A stretch of 63,789 bases of DNA, counting the filler, from Trichosphaerium sp. ATCC 40318 (lineage: Eukaryota > Protista > Tubulinea), in the NCBI GenBank assembly GCA_038496445.1. It is 3 parts of 3 records of this genome, joined end to end, with 100 filler letters (N's around TTAATTAATTAA, not from the genome) between each part and the next. Parts side by side here need not be neighbours in the genome. Positions count along the whole stretch, not along the records: positions 1 to 30,083 come from JALMLS010000625.1; positions 30,184 to 49,025 come from JALMLS010000300.1; 1 more part is not named here. One strand, written 5' to 3'. The notes below the pieces were generated by a model. It worked only from the letters and a program-made list of their open reading frames with translations. It did not search any database and was not told where the DNA came from. This document shows, piece after piece, positions 24,244 to 36,153 of the stretch. Position 1 is the first letter of the stretch, and every line of letters begins with the position of its first letter. Made by a program: the position numbers and the translations under genes.

Positions 24244-24599
24244 TCTTTTATGCAAACCTTTTCTTTAAAAGGTTTTTTAAACACGTGTAATTATATGTAA
24301 TATTTCCCCCCTAAGATGTAATAATACCAGCAATCATTTCAACGAGTTGTATGTTTTCTTATTTATGATGTTTAAAAAGGGTTTTTGAGCAGATAGATGT
24401 ATATAAATTGGCGCTAGGAACTCTAGAATGTGTTTTGGCGTATTTGTTTTTTATTGGTAGCAAGTGTCAGAATGTCAATAGTGGGCAACAATTGACGCTT
24501 GATAGTAACTCTCTATACCGGAGAATGCTTCTTTGAAGCATTTTAGCGCATTTTAATGTTTTTTCGTCTGTTCTTTGCTGCGTTCCACATCGTAGTAAC

Positions 24600-27500
24600 G
24601 TGATGCATCCAATATGCAATATACAGGCTTCCATCGCTTCCCGATTAGTGATGCAGAGTACTTTTTAAGGCCACCCTGCCTTTGTCTTATTCATAGCTTG
24701 ATGTTTAGCAGCTTCTAATGCATCTTCAGTAGACTGAAGCTGCAAAGCAGCAGCAGTTTCACGATCAATTAATGCGGAATTGACATCCTTTCTTTTCAAC
24801 AAGCCAGAGAACACTTGTACACGTCTAGTCTTTCGTGTATCATCAACTGTCTGGTTAAGCGTATTCTCAAGGTTGATACCATCATCCGTTACAAGAAGGT
24901 CATCTTAACATATAAGTCAGTCGAAACTTGAAAAACATAAAAAAAAATTCACAGAGCTTAGAGACAGAGCTATCTGTGATTAAAATAGTGAGCCTTGTCG
25001 TACAGTTAACAATCTCAACATGATTAGATGGTATTAAACCAACTTGTCCTTGAATATTTCTAGCTTTCCACCATCGCTTCTTTTGATTCAAAACAACAAA
25101 AACATCACCTTGAGAAAGAAAATTTGAGAAATAATCGTTAGGTTGAGCACAGGCAAAAACGTGCTTACACTCCTACCCCACGTGGGTAGGCTGAAGTGTG
25201 AAAGCAAAAAAGTAAAATGAATACAGCACCCTACGTTCCCTGGTCCTCACGGACCCAAGAACTGGCAGGGCCATACCATGCTTATCTTCGCGGTTCGGAA
25301 AGAGACACGGAGCTTTCATGGTTGTATGGCCGTATCCATTAGAAAAAGAAAGATTTTTTCATAGTGGTTGGGTTGAAAACTTCAACAAGAGCATGTAAAC
25401 GCAGAAAATTTCAAACTACATACCTGGTTTCATGCCTAATTCGTCCTTTCTTTTTGGTGTGTAAGCACCAAATGCTCGACAATGAATGAGACCAGATGAA
25501 GACATTGTACTACTCTCTTCATCTGTAACATCCTCCATAAACTTTGAAGGCACCCAACCTCTTACACCATCAATTTCTGCTTCCCACCAGCCTTCAAGCT
25601 TTGTGAAAATATTGATTACATCACCTTCACTAAACCCAAGCTCTGTGTCATCAGATTTAGGTGTATAATCATATAACGCTCTAGCTTTAGTAACTGATAC
25701 TTTTTTCCTCTAAGATAAATGTGTGAGGTGACAATAAAGCATCCAATAAAAATCCAAAAAAACTATCCAGTAATTTTCGTACCTTTCTTGAGCTGCCAGT
25801 TGAAACAAAGTTTGAAGGAAATACGCAACTACACATTGAATTCACCTCGCCACCATGGATCCTTCTCTTTAGACAACAATATGATCTTATCACCTTTCAT
25901 GATTGTTAAATCACCTGCTTGAGATGCTGTAAAGTCTGCTATGCAATAAACATAAACAACATCAACGTTCCTAATCTTTTTGGCATGTTTTGCTCCAGTA
26001 GGCAGTTTATGAAAGGACTGCCCACCAGCTACACCACTAGGTCTAGGTGAACCGTAGTCATTCCCTCGAGGGCTCAGTTTGCCCCTCATAGAACTAGTGG
26101 CATGTATACTTGGCTCCTGAAACCTTGAGACCTTCCTAGGAGACTTTGGAATAGCAGGTACAGGCTGATTATATCGTTTCTTTGGAAGATTGCCTTGTAC
26201 TTGCTTTTTCGTTGCTCCAGGCCGTTTAGGTCGCCTTAAATTAGGTTGGTTGAACCGTGGCATCTTCTTGCCACCAGGACCACTCTTAGGTGGCATAATA
26301 GACTTCTTTGCAGGTCGTGGCATCTTCTTAGGACCAAATGATCTTTTAGTACCACGAAGTGTTGAAGCGGTATTCTTTTTTCCTTTTTTACGACGTTTTG
26401 TGCCTTCACTGCGAAGAGTTTGGTTCCTTCGTGCACTATCCCTCTTTTGATCTTTTGTACTTGTATTATTTTTAGGGGCACCAGGTGGGTGTAAACGTTT
26501 TGGTGGCTTTGGTCCTTTCTAAACAACAAATCAGTTTTTAGGGATTTTTTTCAAAGAGAAGATAAATAGTCTCCAACTGGTTGTTCAGCAGAGGCAGTGC
26601 TGAATTTAGCAGTTTGAGACGTTTTCCCAAATGTTTACAAGGGTTGCGCCTCTTAAAACGCGTTCATACAGAAGATGGCGGATTTGAGTGAAAATTGTTG
26701 TATATCTCTGTAAAAATTGACTTGACAAGGTACGCACATTTGACACGTTATTCCGTAATTTTTCAGGTCCTTTCTTGGTTTTGTTTTGTCCTTTTTTCCT
26801 ATTGTTTTGTTTACCTTTTCTTCTAGGAGTAATAGGTGGAGCTGCTACAAATATAAGAAAATTGTTAGGGTTTTACTTAATAAGTCTGATTTTCTCTTAC
26901 CCATCTTTTGCGGTACTGTTGACACTGGCCTTGAAGGTGCAGGTGGGATAACATTCCCTAGGGAGAAAGTCTCATCGCCAAAACCATTAAGACCATTTGA
27001 AATACTAAACAATCCATGAGAAACAAAGAAAAGAAAAGAAGTAACTTATGAACAGGAAAAAAAAAAGAGTTTACCTTGCTTTCGAGTGTTTAACCAACCG
27101 AACATAGTTAGAAGGTATTTCTCCTACTTCGCCATTAAGTGAGGCTATCCACCAATTTTCTCCTTGCTCTACACTACTAAAGACGTCTCCTTTTGAAAAC
27201 CTTCAACAAACCATTAATTTACACCACAAGGCTACTCGTAAAAGTCTTTGCAATATCACATACGATAATTCCCTGTCTTTAGTAGCTTCGTAGTCAGCTA
27301 TAGCGACATACTTAAATCCCTCATCACCTGGTAATGCGGTGATATTGTACTGGCTTTCACGCTAGAAGAAGCAACCATAAGAAACACAAAGGTGCGTAAT
27401 AAGAAACACTCACTTCACCAGCAATGTATGTCCAATCATCCCAATCAGACGTGGAAGACTAAACTACAAGTTAGACTCAAAAACATTCAATAAAAAATAT

Positions 27501-27895
27501 TACCTCAGCTCGCACTCTCTCCCCGGTAGCAGCAGTGAGATTCACAGGAAATAATCCTATTGCGTTATTTAACATTCCACACCACCATCCAGTTTGTTGG
27601 TCAACTTGACAGACGTAAATGATATCACCTAAAGGAATAGCACCACATTTAGCTAAGAGAACGCGAGAAAGTGTAATCACAACCTTTTGCGAAAGTTAAT
27701 TCCTCTGGTGTTCTGCCCTGACGTCCAACAGTTGCTACGCGACTACACTCACTTAGAAATTGATGGAATGAGGTGCAACGCAAGAAAATAAATCTTCTAC
27801 AAATGGATAACGCACCTATGAGAGAAATCGCCGCTCTCAAACGTCATGTCATCATCCCAATCTTCGTCGCTTATATCCTCTTCATCTGATGACAT
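24600..27895 (-). pseudogene. Truncated, frameshifted mirror copy of the SH3-PH gene
   Basis: Lacks most of the PH domain and has indels; probably an assembly artefact. Confidence 0.7.
25219..25337 (-). rRNA. 5S rRNA gene (mirror copy in the duplicated arm)
   Basis: Reverse complement of 23108-23226. Confidence 0.85.
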
Positions 27896-28568
27896 TGAAA
27901 ACTTTAGGGGAGGATTACTGGATGGTTTGGCGGTGCGTAAGAGCATTCTACAAGTGGCAATTACGTCAAATGCCAAAATGAGTGGTTTAGATAACGTACT
28001 TGGTATACTCTGGCGCTTCGTCACTGGTATCAGCACCCTAAAGGTAATGAGCTACCAGTAAAGTAACCTTTTTGGACAAAGCTTGGCAGAATCTTTTGTT
28101 TTTATGCTCGCTGTGCTATCGTGCAACCGCCGTAGGAGTCAAACAGTAAAGAATTTGTAAAATAAAAAACAATTGCGTAATTGCTAGAAAAGACAGTAAA
28201 CGCTACTTTCTCGTAGAGAAGCGATACACTCAGCAAGGTTACAGTTCCGTGCCAAAAGGGGCTTTGATTTTTGTTTTCGTCCCGAACCAAAGTAACGGAC
28301 GCGTTACGCACCTGCCCACATTCTTTATACTGCTGCTCTGCCATTGGATACAACTCCCCACTGTATGTGGGTTTGTTTTCTTTTTTTGATTGTTAACAGG
28401 GGGTAACGCCACTACCGTTTGCACTACATATATGAGGTCGTGCGTTTAACCATTGTCAGACATTGTAAGACTTGGGAGCGCTAGTCGTAGAGGTTCTAAA
28501 GTAAAAAAAATACAATACAATTAAATTAACGTTTTGGAGTACAAACAAGCCATAAGTGAACGCTTCAA

Positions 28569-29974
28569 ATGGCAAACTACGATCCTTTCGGCATTTTAGA
28601 CACAGGGGCATCACCATCTCCCACTACAGCTCCAGCAGCTCAACCAGTGGCTCAACCACTCATAATGCCAACGCCAGTCGCTGCCTCAAAACCTATCGAT
28701 CCATTTGTAGTGCCTAAAGCTGAAAAAGCTAAACCAGTTGTTAACAACATTGGTGACCATAACGAGCTTCTATTCAAGCGGTTATGCGTTCTATACGAGG
28801 GCGTTTTGTACGAGGACGATGTTCTACACATCAGCCTAAAGAGCGAGTACTCTGGCAACTCAGGTGCGTTATATAGCTTCTCTACGCATCGATTTTGGAT
28901 TTTGTCTATTTTTGTACACTAAACGTACTGCGCCATCTGCACGTTGTTTAATTTTATATAGCTCATTGTATGGTTAGCTACAGCAATTTTTTTACCTACA
29001 GCAGCACTTTTTTTCTATTTAACGCGTGTTTAACCTAACTAACTTCATTGTAGGACGTATGGTACTCACATTGTGTAATATAACGCAAGAACCATTGACA
29101 GCTGTCAACACTATGTTCCCGGCCTTTCCAAGTTGCGTTGTACAAGCCCAAACCATATTGTTGGCGCAATTAAAAGGAAGAGACAAAGTACGCTACAATT
29201 TCTGTTTGTGTTTGAAAGAAACAAACAACTGTTTTGCTTTGAGCTGTTTTTCTTCATTCATACAGAGTGATGACATTTAATTTTATACTGATAATGTTAG
29301 GCACAATTACTTCTACTATTGAGATGCAATGCACCTTTTACTGGCAGTCACCCAATGCTGAATTTGAGTTTTCTAGTTGGCGGTCGTCATCGTCGTGATT
29401 TAAAGATAAAGCTACCAGTAACCGCTGTTAAATTCATCGAACCTCTTATTAACATGACGCAAGCGCAATTTGTTGTACGTCTCGCAAAGAAGAACTTTGA
29501 TTTGTAGATTTCTTTGATTTTTGATTTTTTTTTGTTTTTCTAAAGTTCCACGTGTTTGAGGCTTATCTTGCTTTAGAATATGTGGCGTCAAATTAAAGGA
29601 GCCCCTAATGAAGCCACTGATCACTTTAATGCTAAACCTGAAGTCGGTTTGGAGGCTATTGCTAAGGTTATGACGTTTGGCCTTCGCTTTAGTATTCTCA
29701 ATCATGTTGATCCTAATAAGCACAATTTTGTTGGTGCTGGAACATTTTACAGCGGTAATGGACAAGTTGTTTGTATGGTAAGAGTAGAGACTAATCCAAC
29801 AACAAGGTACGTAATTCAGTCAAAGAAGACAAAGGGGCTTGACCTCAATTTTTGTAGCGTTTTACAACTTTGTTAAACTTTTCTTTTAGGCAATGTCGTA
29901 CTACTATCAAGACGTACAATAACGTTGTTACTCATGCTATTCGTAAACTACTTCTTGTTCAGTTAAAAGCATAG
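28569..29974 (+). CDS. Duplicated copy of the alpha-adaptin ear gene (with apparent indel errors)
   Basis: Mirror of 18474..19879. Confidence 0.7.
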
Positions 29975-30083
29975 TTAATTAAGGCTATAAGCAACGCTGT
30001 ATTAAATTGTCACCAAAACAAAAAAGAAAACAAAAACTGAAAAAAAAATAAAAAAGTTTGCATTTCATTACAACTTAAACGTT

Positions 30084-30183
30084 NNNNNNNNNNNNNNNNN
30101 NNNNNNNNNNNNNNNNNNNNNNNNNNNTTAATTAATTAANNNNNNNNNNNNNNNNNNNNNNNNNNNNNNNNNNNNNNNNNNNN
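30084..30183. other. Artificial contig linker (N44-TTAATTAATTAA-N44)
   Basis: Six-frame stop linker embedded in Ns. Confidence 0.97.
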
Positions 30184-33100
30184 ATATGTAGTAATGCGTT
30201 CATCGTCTATGTCGTGCACTGCTATTGGAGGTAGTTGTCTGAGCGTTTCTCCGAGATTGCGTCTGCCTATGATCAAGGTATTTGTTATCTTTGAGTCTTT
30301 GCCTAGTAGTTTGGCGTGCTATTGAGCCTATGCGCGTGTTGATGCCCATGCAGTGCATGTTGGCTATGAAGCCGACATTTGAGAGGAGCGAGGGTTGTGT
30401 TGCTCCAAAGCCCCTTCCTTTGGATCTATCCATAGTTGGCTGTATTTAGTGTATGATGACATGGGAACTGACCAGAAGAGGTTTTTGGCGAGTGCCTTCT
30501 TTAACTTGAAGATTTTGCTGTTGGGTATGTGATAGAAGTTAGCGTGGTATTGTAGTGCTGGGTTAATCACCGTGTTGATGATTTTGCGACGTGCCGTTAA
30601 CGGGATTTGTCTATGTTGTATTAATGCTAGTCTGTACAGGTATGCGTTTGAGGCGGCGTTGAGATCTACCGACCAATCTAATTCTGTATTTACGTGTATT
30701 CCTAGGTATTTGTAGGACTTGTGTAATCCTATATTTTCGATTTTAAGGATATTTCCGTTGACTTCAATGTCTATATCACCCGCTGTGCTAGCGATGACAT
30801 ATATTTGGTTTTTTTGACGTTGATGGATAGTCCATTGTGTTGGCAGAATTCTTGGAAGGTTTTTACCATATCCTCCATCTCTTCCTTGTTGTTTGAGAGG
30901 AATACTAGATCATCGCAATAGGCGAGGATTGGGATTTTGAGCAGCGCGTTTTTGGCGAATGTGTATCCTTGATAGGTGTTCTGTATGTGTTTAATAATAG
31001 GGTTAAGTACTGTGATGAATAGTAAAGGGGAGAGGATGTCTCCTTGGCGGACTCCGTTTTTGATTTGGAATTGATCGGAGAGACCGCACGGTGTGAGCAG
31101 TTGCGCCGTGCCGTGTTTATATGTGCCTTCTATTGCTTGAATCATTTTCTTGGGTACTTTGTAGTATGTGAGGGTGTCTTTTATTGACCAGTGTTCTATT
31201 GAGTCGAATGCTTTTTTGAGATCAAAGAAGGTGAGGTGTACATTTTGGTTGTCGTTTTGTTTGTTGTCTTCCATGATGTTAATGAGTGTGTTGACGTGTT
31301 CTAGGGTGGATCTTTCTTTACGGAAGCCGTTTTGGAGATTGGAAAGGAGGTTGTTGTCTTCCATGAAGACTACTAATCGATTGTAGAGTATTCTTGTGTA
31401 TATTTTGTGCTGAACGCATAGGAGCGCTATAGGTCGGTAGTTGTTGGGTGCTGTTTCGTCTGATCCATTTTTGTGTATTAGGCATATGATGGATCTGTTC
31501 CAGGAGGAGGGGATGATTCCTGTGGCGTATGCTCGTTTGCACACAAGAAAAAGGATGTCGTGGTAACGTTCTGGTAATTTCTTAAGTACTTCCGCGGTAT
31601 GCAGTCTTCACCTGCTCTTTTCCATTCTTTGGTGTCGTGTAGGGCTTGTTCATATTCGCTTCTGGTGATGTCGTGTGTTTTCATTGGTTGTGTGATTGTT
31701 GTGTCGTCTTTGAGCCATTTTGGTGTCGGGCCCTTGGGTTTTGGGCTATTTTTCAGGGCTGAAACTCAGCTAGGCATTACCTTAAAAAATGATGCATATT
31801 CCTAACATTTGGCATCAGATGGCAAAATCAAGGCATTTGCATTTGGCATTGCCCAATAAAGTAAGGCATTTTTACAAAAAGGCAATGCCTTCATCAAAAA
31901 GGCATTAAAACCAGGCATTTTTGGGCATCTTTTGGCATTGCATAAAATCAGGTAATGCCTTGTATTGCATTTTTTGGCATTGCATAAAATCAAGTAATGC
32001 CCTGTATTGCAAGTACTTTATGCCTTTATTATGCTTTATTTTTTTAAGCATTATATGCCTTGTATTCCAATTCATATATAAGGCATTGCTTATACTATAT
32101 CATAGGAACTGATCACATTAAGGAAGTGGTTTAAGCTAAGTAACAGTCAAACAACTTTTACACTTTTTTTTTCACATCACCTATTGACGTTTTATATAGA
32201 TAGGCACCTAGAGCTTTTAGTAATTCATGAAATTAGACGAAACCACCGCCAAACGAACCGCAGCACCCTATTTCACCTACAACAGTACTAGGAGTGAACT
32301 CCGCGATATTTCCAGGACCGCGGAATTCTAACACTACAAGGTAAGTTTTTTTTTTTTTTTTTCTACACCATCTCATATTTTCTTTAAGGTTTTTTCAAAT
32401 GTGGACTTAGGAGTTTTGTGTATTGTATGTGTACTGTATTATAAAATAAATAGTTGTGTTATTACCTGAAAATGCCCTGGTTTATTAGGCACTGTAGACT
32501 ATGATAATGCTTTCTTTTTGCCTTCAAAATAAGGCATTGATGCATGAGTTATGCCCTAATTTGAAGGGCATAATTCCTAAAAATATGCAGGCAAAACCAT
32601 TGCAATCTTGTGTACCAGATGCAAGCATTTTTCATCAAATATGAGGCATTTTTGGAGCAAAAAATAAGGCATTGCCCTGTATTTGCCTTTTTGAATGAGG
32701 CAAAAACTAGGCATTTTTGTAAAAAATAAGGCATTATTTGATGAAAATGCCTAGGCATTGTCCAAAAATGCCTTGTTGAGTTTCAGCCCTGTTTTGCAGA
32801 ATCTTTTTCCAGGTTTTGACCAGCAGTTTAAGCTTGTCTTCTGTGTCGGTGATGAGTTCTTCTGTGTTTGGGTCTACAAGCGCTGCCATATGGGCACGGT
32901 TACGTCTGGAGAGGAGGTTGTCGAAGAATTTTTTTGGTTCATTTTTGTAGTTTTCTATGAGTCTATCGATGTTTTGATGTATGATCCTGCTTTTGACTTT
33001 CTCAGCGCGGCGTCTTTGTTGTTTGGCGATGTTGTTGATCGTGTTTTTTATGAGGATGCGTGCTGTATATTCCACTTTGCCGCGGTATATGTCTAGTATG

Positions 33101-34615
33101 TTGTGAGTCAATGCCGTCAGCATATTTGGTAACACGTAGCGATTTCAGCATGACATCTTTCCATTTTGTCCAGTTATGCGTAGATATGTGTTTCCGTTTG
33201 TTGATCTTGTTGGCGATCTTCCTAGTTCTTCTTTTTGCGTTGGCGATTTTGTTAAGTTTCTTATCGAGGAGCTTGCTATTTTTCCTAGCTTTACGGGTGC
33301 CCAGGGTCTTGACGCACGAGTCGTAGATGTCTTGGTTGATTTTTTTCGATATTTCATCAGGCGATGCCTGTTTGTTTTGCAGGAATTTTTTAAGCTCTTC
33401 GGCAGTGTCGTCATTAATTTTAAAGTTTTGTAGGGGTATCAGCACGTGTTTTGCGCTTTTTGATGTACGAATTGTGGGTTTGGCAGTTCGTGGTATGTAA
33501 GTCGTTCTGTTGTTTGCACTGAGGTCTGTTTTGTACGTGAGTTTGATTGGTACGTGATCGCTGTCAGTAAATGGATTTTGTATGATTTTAGTGTGTAGAA
33601 TATTGGCTATGAGTGATCTTTTAACCAGGAAGAGGTTGATATGTGCTTTGGATCGATACATGTTGGTTTTGCTTTGATTGTCATTGCCGTATCGAGTGTA
33701 TTCCTTCTTATTAGGGAACTTGGCGCGGTATGCGCATGTGAGGTTGTGGGCGCTCATGAGTTCTTTGAGCTTTGCGTTTTGTTTTGGCGGTTTTATGTGT
33801 ACAGTGTCTTTGAGGAGCCACCTGTCTTTGTTAATGTCTAGCGTGGCGTTGAAGTCTCCACCCATGATGATCTCGTGTTTTTTGTTTTTGTATTTCTTTT
33901 TACGTTTCTCGATAATTTTGTTTAATCTCTGAAAAAAGACTTTACCTTCGCTGAGTGAGCATGGCGCGTACACATTGACAATAAAAATGATGGTTCCTTT
34001 ATTGGGTTCCATTTCTGTGATGATAAATTTTCTAGACGTATCTTTGTATGTATTAACTACAAGCGGCAACAGGGATTTGTGAATAAGCGTAATCGTTCCT
34101 TCTGAGGGCCTTGGGTCGAAGTTTGGGTTTTGGTTGTCGTTTTGTATAGAAATTTCAATTTGTTCCATCGTTTTGCCTCTAGATGGCCAATTTTTGTAGC
34201 GTCTTTCGTGCGCTTTGTTGCGTCGTTGCTCTAGAGAGAGAAGGTTGTTAAAGTTTAGGAAGTTGTCTGTGAGTTCTGCGTAGGTGCTCCATTTGTAGTC
34301 GGCATTGCGTATGTGTGGTTCTTGGACCAGGACGATGCCTGCTTTCGCCTTTTTCGCCTGTCTGTAGATGTTGTAGGAGTTATCGCCCCAATTTCCGTTT
34401 GCATTGAAAGAAAGGAGCGTAATAGATTCGTTACTGGTTGGGTATGTATTATCGAGTGCGTACGTGTTGTTTGGGTGGTTTTTCTGATAAGTGTTGAGGT
34501 TCCAATTGCACGGTGTCGCTTTCGCTATCCTCGCAAAGTTGTTACCTTGTAGTGAGCCATGATTATTGCCTAAAAATCTGACATCGCTGGTTAAAGAAAC
34601 TTTAGAGAGACTCAT
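30184..34615 (-). CDS. Retrotransposon ORF2p (APE endonuclease + reverse transcriptase), disrupted by a TIR insertion and several frameshifts
   Basis: APE: LSFNANG, VLVQEPH, NVYAP, IMGGDFNA, SDHVPI. RT: NYRPIALL, QNGFR, DLKKAFDSI, GVRQGDILSPLLF, YCDD, YKYLG. Frame changes near 33100, 31595, 30780 and 30400. Confidence 0.9.
31754..32791. mobile_element. Non-autonomous TIR DNA transposon (MITE-like, 1038 bp) nested in ORF2
   Basis: 25-bp TIRs CAGGGCTGAAACTCA(G/A)C(T/A)AGGCATT (23/25 identical); ~27 subterminal GGCAT/ATGCC motifs; flanked by T runs. ORF2 resumes on either side (KKILQ|KNSPKPK). Confidence 0.92.
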
Positions 34616-36153
34616 GATATAAAATATTGGATGGTAAGGTTTTTATTATACTGTAGGTGAGTTTTTTCCAGCAATTGGTACAAGAGGGGAAGAGTTAGAG
34701 GGCTGCGTAGAGCTTTTGTCGTTCGGTACGACTCTACGACGTTTACGGTGAGTTTTGTTTTGGACGTTTTGGGAGGAGTCGTTTTGCGTAGCGTCTTTTT
34801 GCGCTCCTTGCGCGTCACACATGTTGGTATCGCCATCTTGGTCGTTTGGTGCCATAATTTCACTGTGTAGCTTAAGGAGGTCGACTTCGACTCGTAATTT
34901 GGTGAATTCCTGTTCCATACTGTGGATACTGTATTTGTGTGAGAAGAAGGAGGAGGGAAGAGTAGGGTAAGGATTGCATACCAGCCAGTTAAGGCTTCGA
35001 GATATTGCTGTTGGGTAAGTATTTGCAACGATTGTTCGTCGAATTTGTTTTTGTATTGCATCATGAACTCTGTGTTGCATTGTTCGCGAGGAGTTTTAGA
35101 AGGGAGGTTTGTACGATAGTTCCAGTCTTTGTCGTAGACGTGAGGTTTGTTGATGGCGAGTACGCCTGAGTACGAGTGGCGGTTTGCGACACCGTGAGCC
35201 AGTTCCTCAATCATGGCTTGTTTGGAGGGGAAGGTGATGAATGCGTAACCTGTGCATTTTTCGTTGAAGATTGAGCGTCCGATAAGTATGCTTTCCATAG
35301 GGATTTGGCAGTTTGCGGCCTCGAAGACCATTTTACGCATTCTGCGTACCGATATATTGCCTTTAGGCAGGCTTTTGACAGCCAGAGTGTGTGGGTATAT
35401 GACTTTGACGGGTGGTGTGAGTACCACAGGGTGTTCGGTGTTGCCTATAAGGCCAGCTTCGTAAAGGGCAATGTTTCGTTCTATATCTGAATAGAAAACG
35501 AAGCCACCATAGGCTCCGAGCCATCCTGTTGCCAATGCTATGGCTTTTGGATCGATGTGTTTGATCTTTTCTCGCTGTTGAGTGGAGAGGAAGGCGGCAG
35601 TAAATGTGCACGTATCTGCGTGGTTGAGCTGTTGCTGTTTTTGCCAGGCGTTGTTGTAGGAGTTGTTGTTGGAGTATCTTGCGTTTCTCCCTTTGTTGTT
35701 GTAGTTGTTGTTTTGTGGTGCCGTGCGCATTATGGTGTGTAGTTGTAGTTTGCATGCTGCTGCGTTTTTGTGTTCGGTGTAGTAAGCTTCTCCACCGTTG
35801 GACCATACGGCCTTAGCTGCTAGAACAGCGTCGTCTTCGGAGTTGAGGTTGACGTACACGAAGGGGATGAAGTCTGTTACCCCATCGCAGTGATGATCTG
35901 TGTTGGTAGGAGCGAGAATTTCCTCTATAAAGAGTTGTACTTGGCGTGCTGAGTAATCTTCGCGTTGGAGGACGGCGATGATGGGGTATTTGTCGTCTAC
36001 TAGGACCGGTTTGTCTGTATACATGGAGCATTTGTCCACTGGGAAGTGTAGCGTAATGGCTGGTTGCGTCGAAGCGAGATTCGAGATGTTCTTTACGGGG
36101 GTGGTGCCGGTAGAGGAGAAGGAAGGAAGAGAAGGAAGAGATGAGGTCCACAT
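34612..36153 (-). CDS. Retrotransposon ORF1p (two or more RRMs, Asn/Gln linker, coiled coil)
   Basis: RNP-like motifs FVYVNLNSEDDA and LAVKSLP..TGYAFITFPS; first ATG at 36153. The unspliced frame stops at 34612; the spliced form (intron 34981-34929) stops at 34646. Confidence 0.75.
   Translation of the reverse strand: MWTSSLPSLPSFSSTGTTPVKNISNLASTQPAITLHFPVDKCSMYTDKPVLVDDKYPIIAVLQREDYSARQVQLFIEEILAPTNTDHHCDGVTDFIPFVYVNLNSEDDAVLAAKAVWSNGGEAYYTEHKNAAACKLQLHTIMRTAPQNNNYNNKGRNARYSNNNSYNNAWQKQQQLNHADTCTFTAAFLSTQQREKIKHIDPKAIALATGWLGAYGGFVFYSDIERNIALYEAGLIGNTEHPVVLTPPVKVIYPHTLAVKSLPKGNISVRRMRKMVFEAANCQIPMESILIGRSIFNEKCTGYAFITFPSKQAMIEELAHGVANRHSYSGVLAINKPHVYDKDWNYRTNLPSKTPREQCNTEFMMQYKNKFDEQSLQILTQQQYLEALTGWYAILTLLFPPPSSHTNTVSTVWNRNSPNYESKSTSLSYTVKLWHQTTKMAIPTCVTRKERKKTLRKTTPPKTSKTKLTVNVVESYRTTKALRSPLTLPLLYQLLEKTHLQYNKNLTIQYFIS

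Larger units (their letters stand above)
24600..30083. repeat. Right arm of inverted duplication 2, running to the contig end; carries small indels
   Basis: Reverse complement of 18365-23844 with single-base indels (e.g. GEFNGVV becomes GEFNV*). One mismatch lies 5 nt from the inner junction. Confidence 0.97.

Noticed and set aside
1-30083. Contig 1 as an endogenous giant virus or linear plasmid with terminal repeats
   Set aside because: The genes are intron-rich host types with no viral hallmark genes, and the two inverted repeats are unrelated to each other.
30128-30139. TTAATTAATTAA between N runs (also 49070-49081) as a biological motif
   Set aside because: It is a six-frame stop linker used to concatenate contigs.
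31754-32791. TIR element as an introner spliced out of ORF2
   Set aside because: No GT/GC..AG at or next to its ends on the LINE sense strand; the ORFs inside (31802, 31921, 32549) are by-products of the subterminal repeats.
30184-33135. ORF2 frameshifts as programmed recoding
   Set aside because: Several scattered single-base shifts without slippery sites fit decay or long-read errors better.
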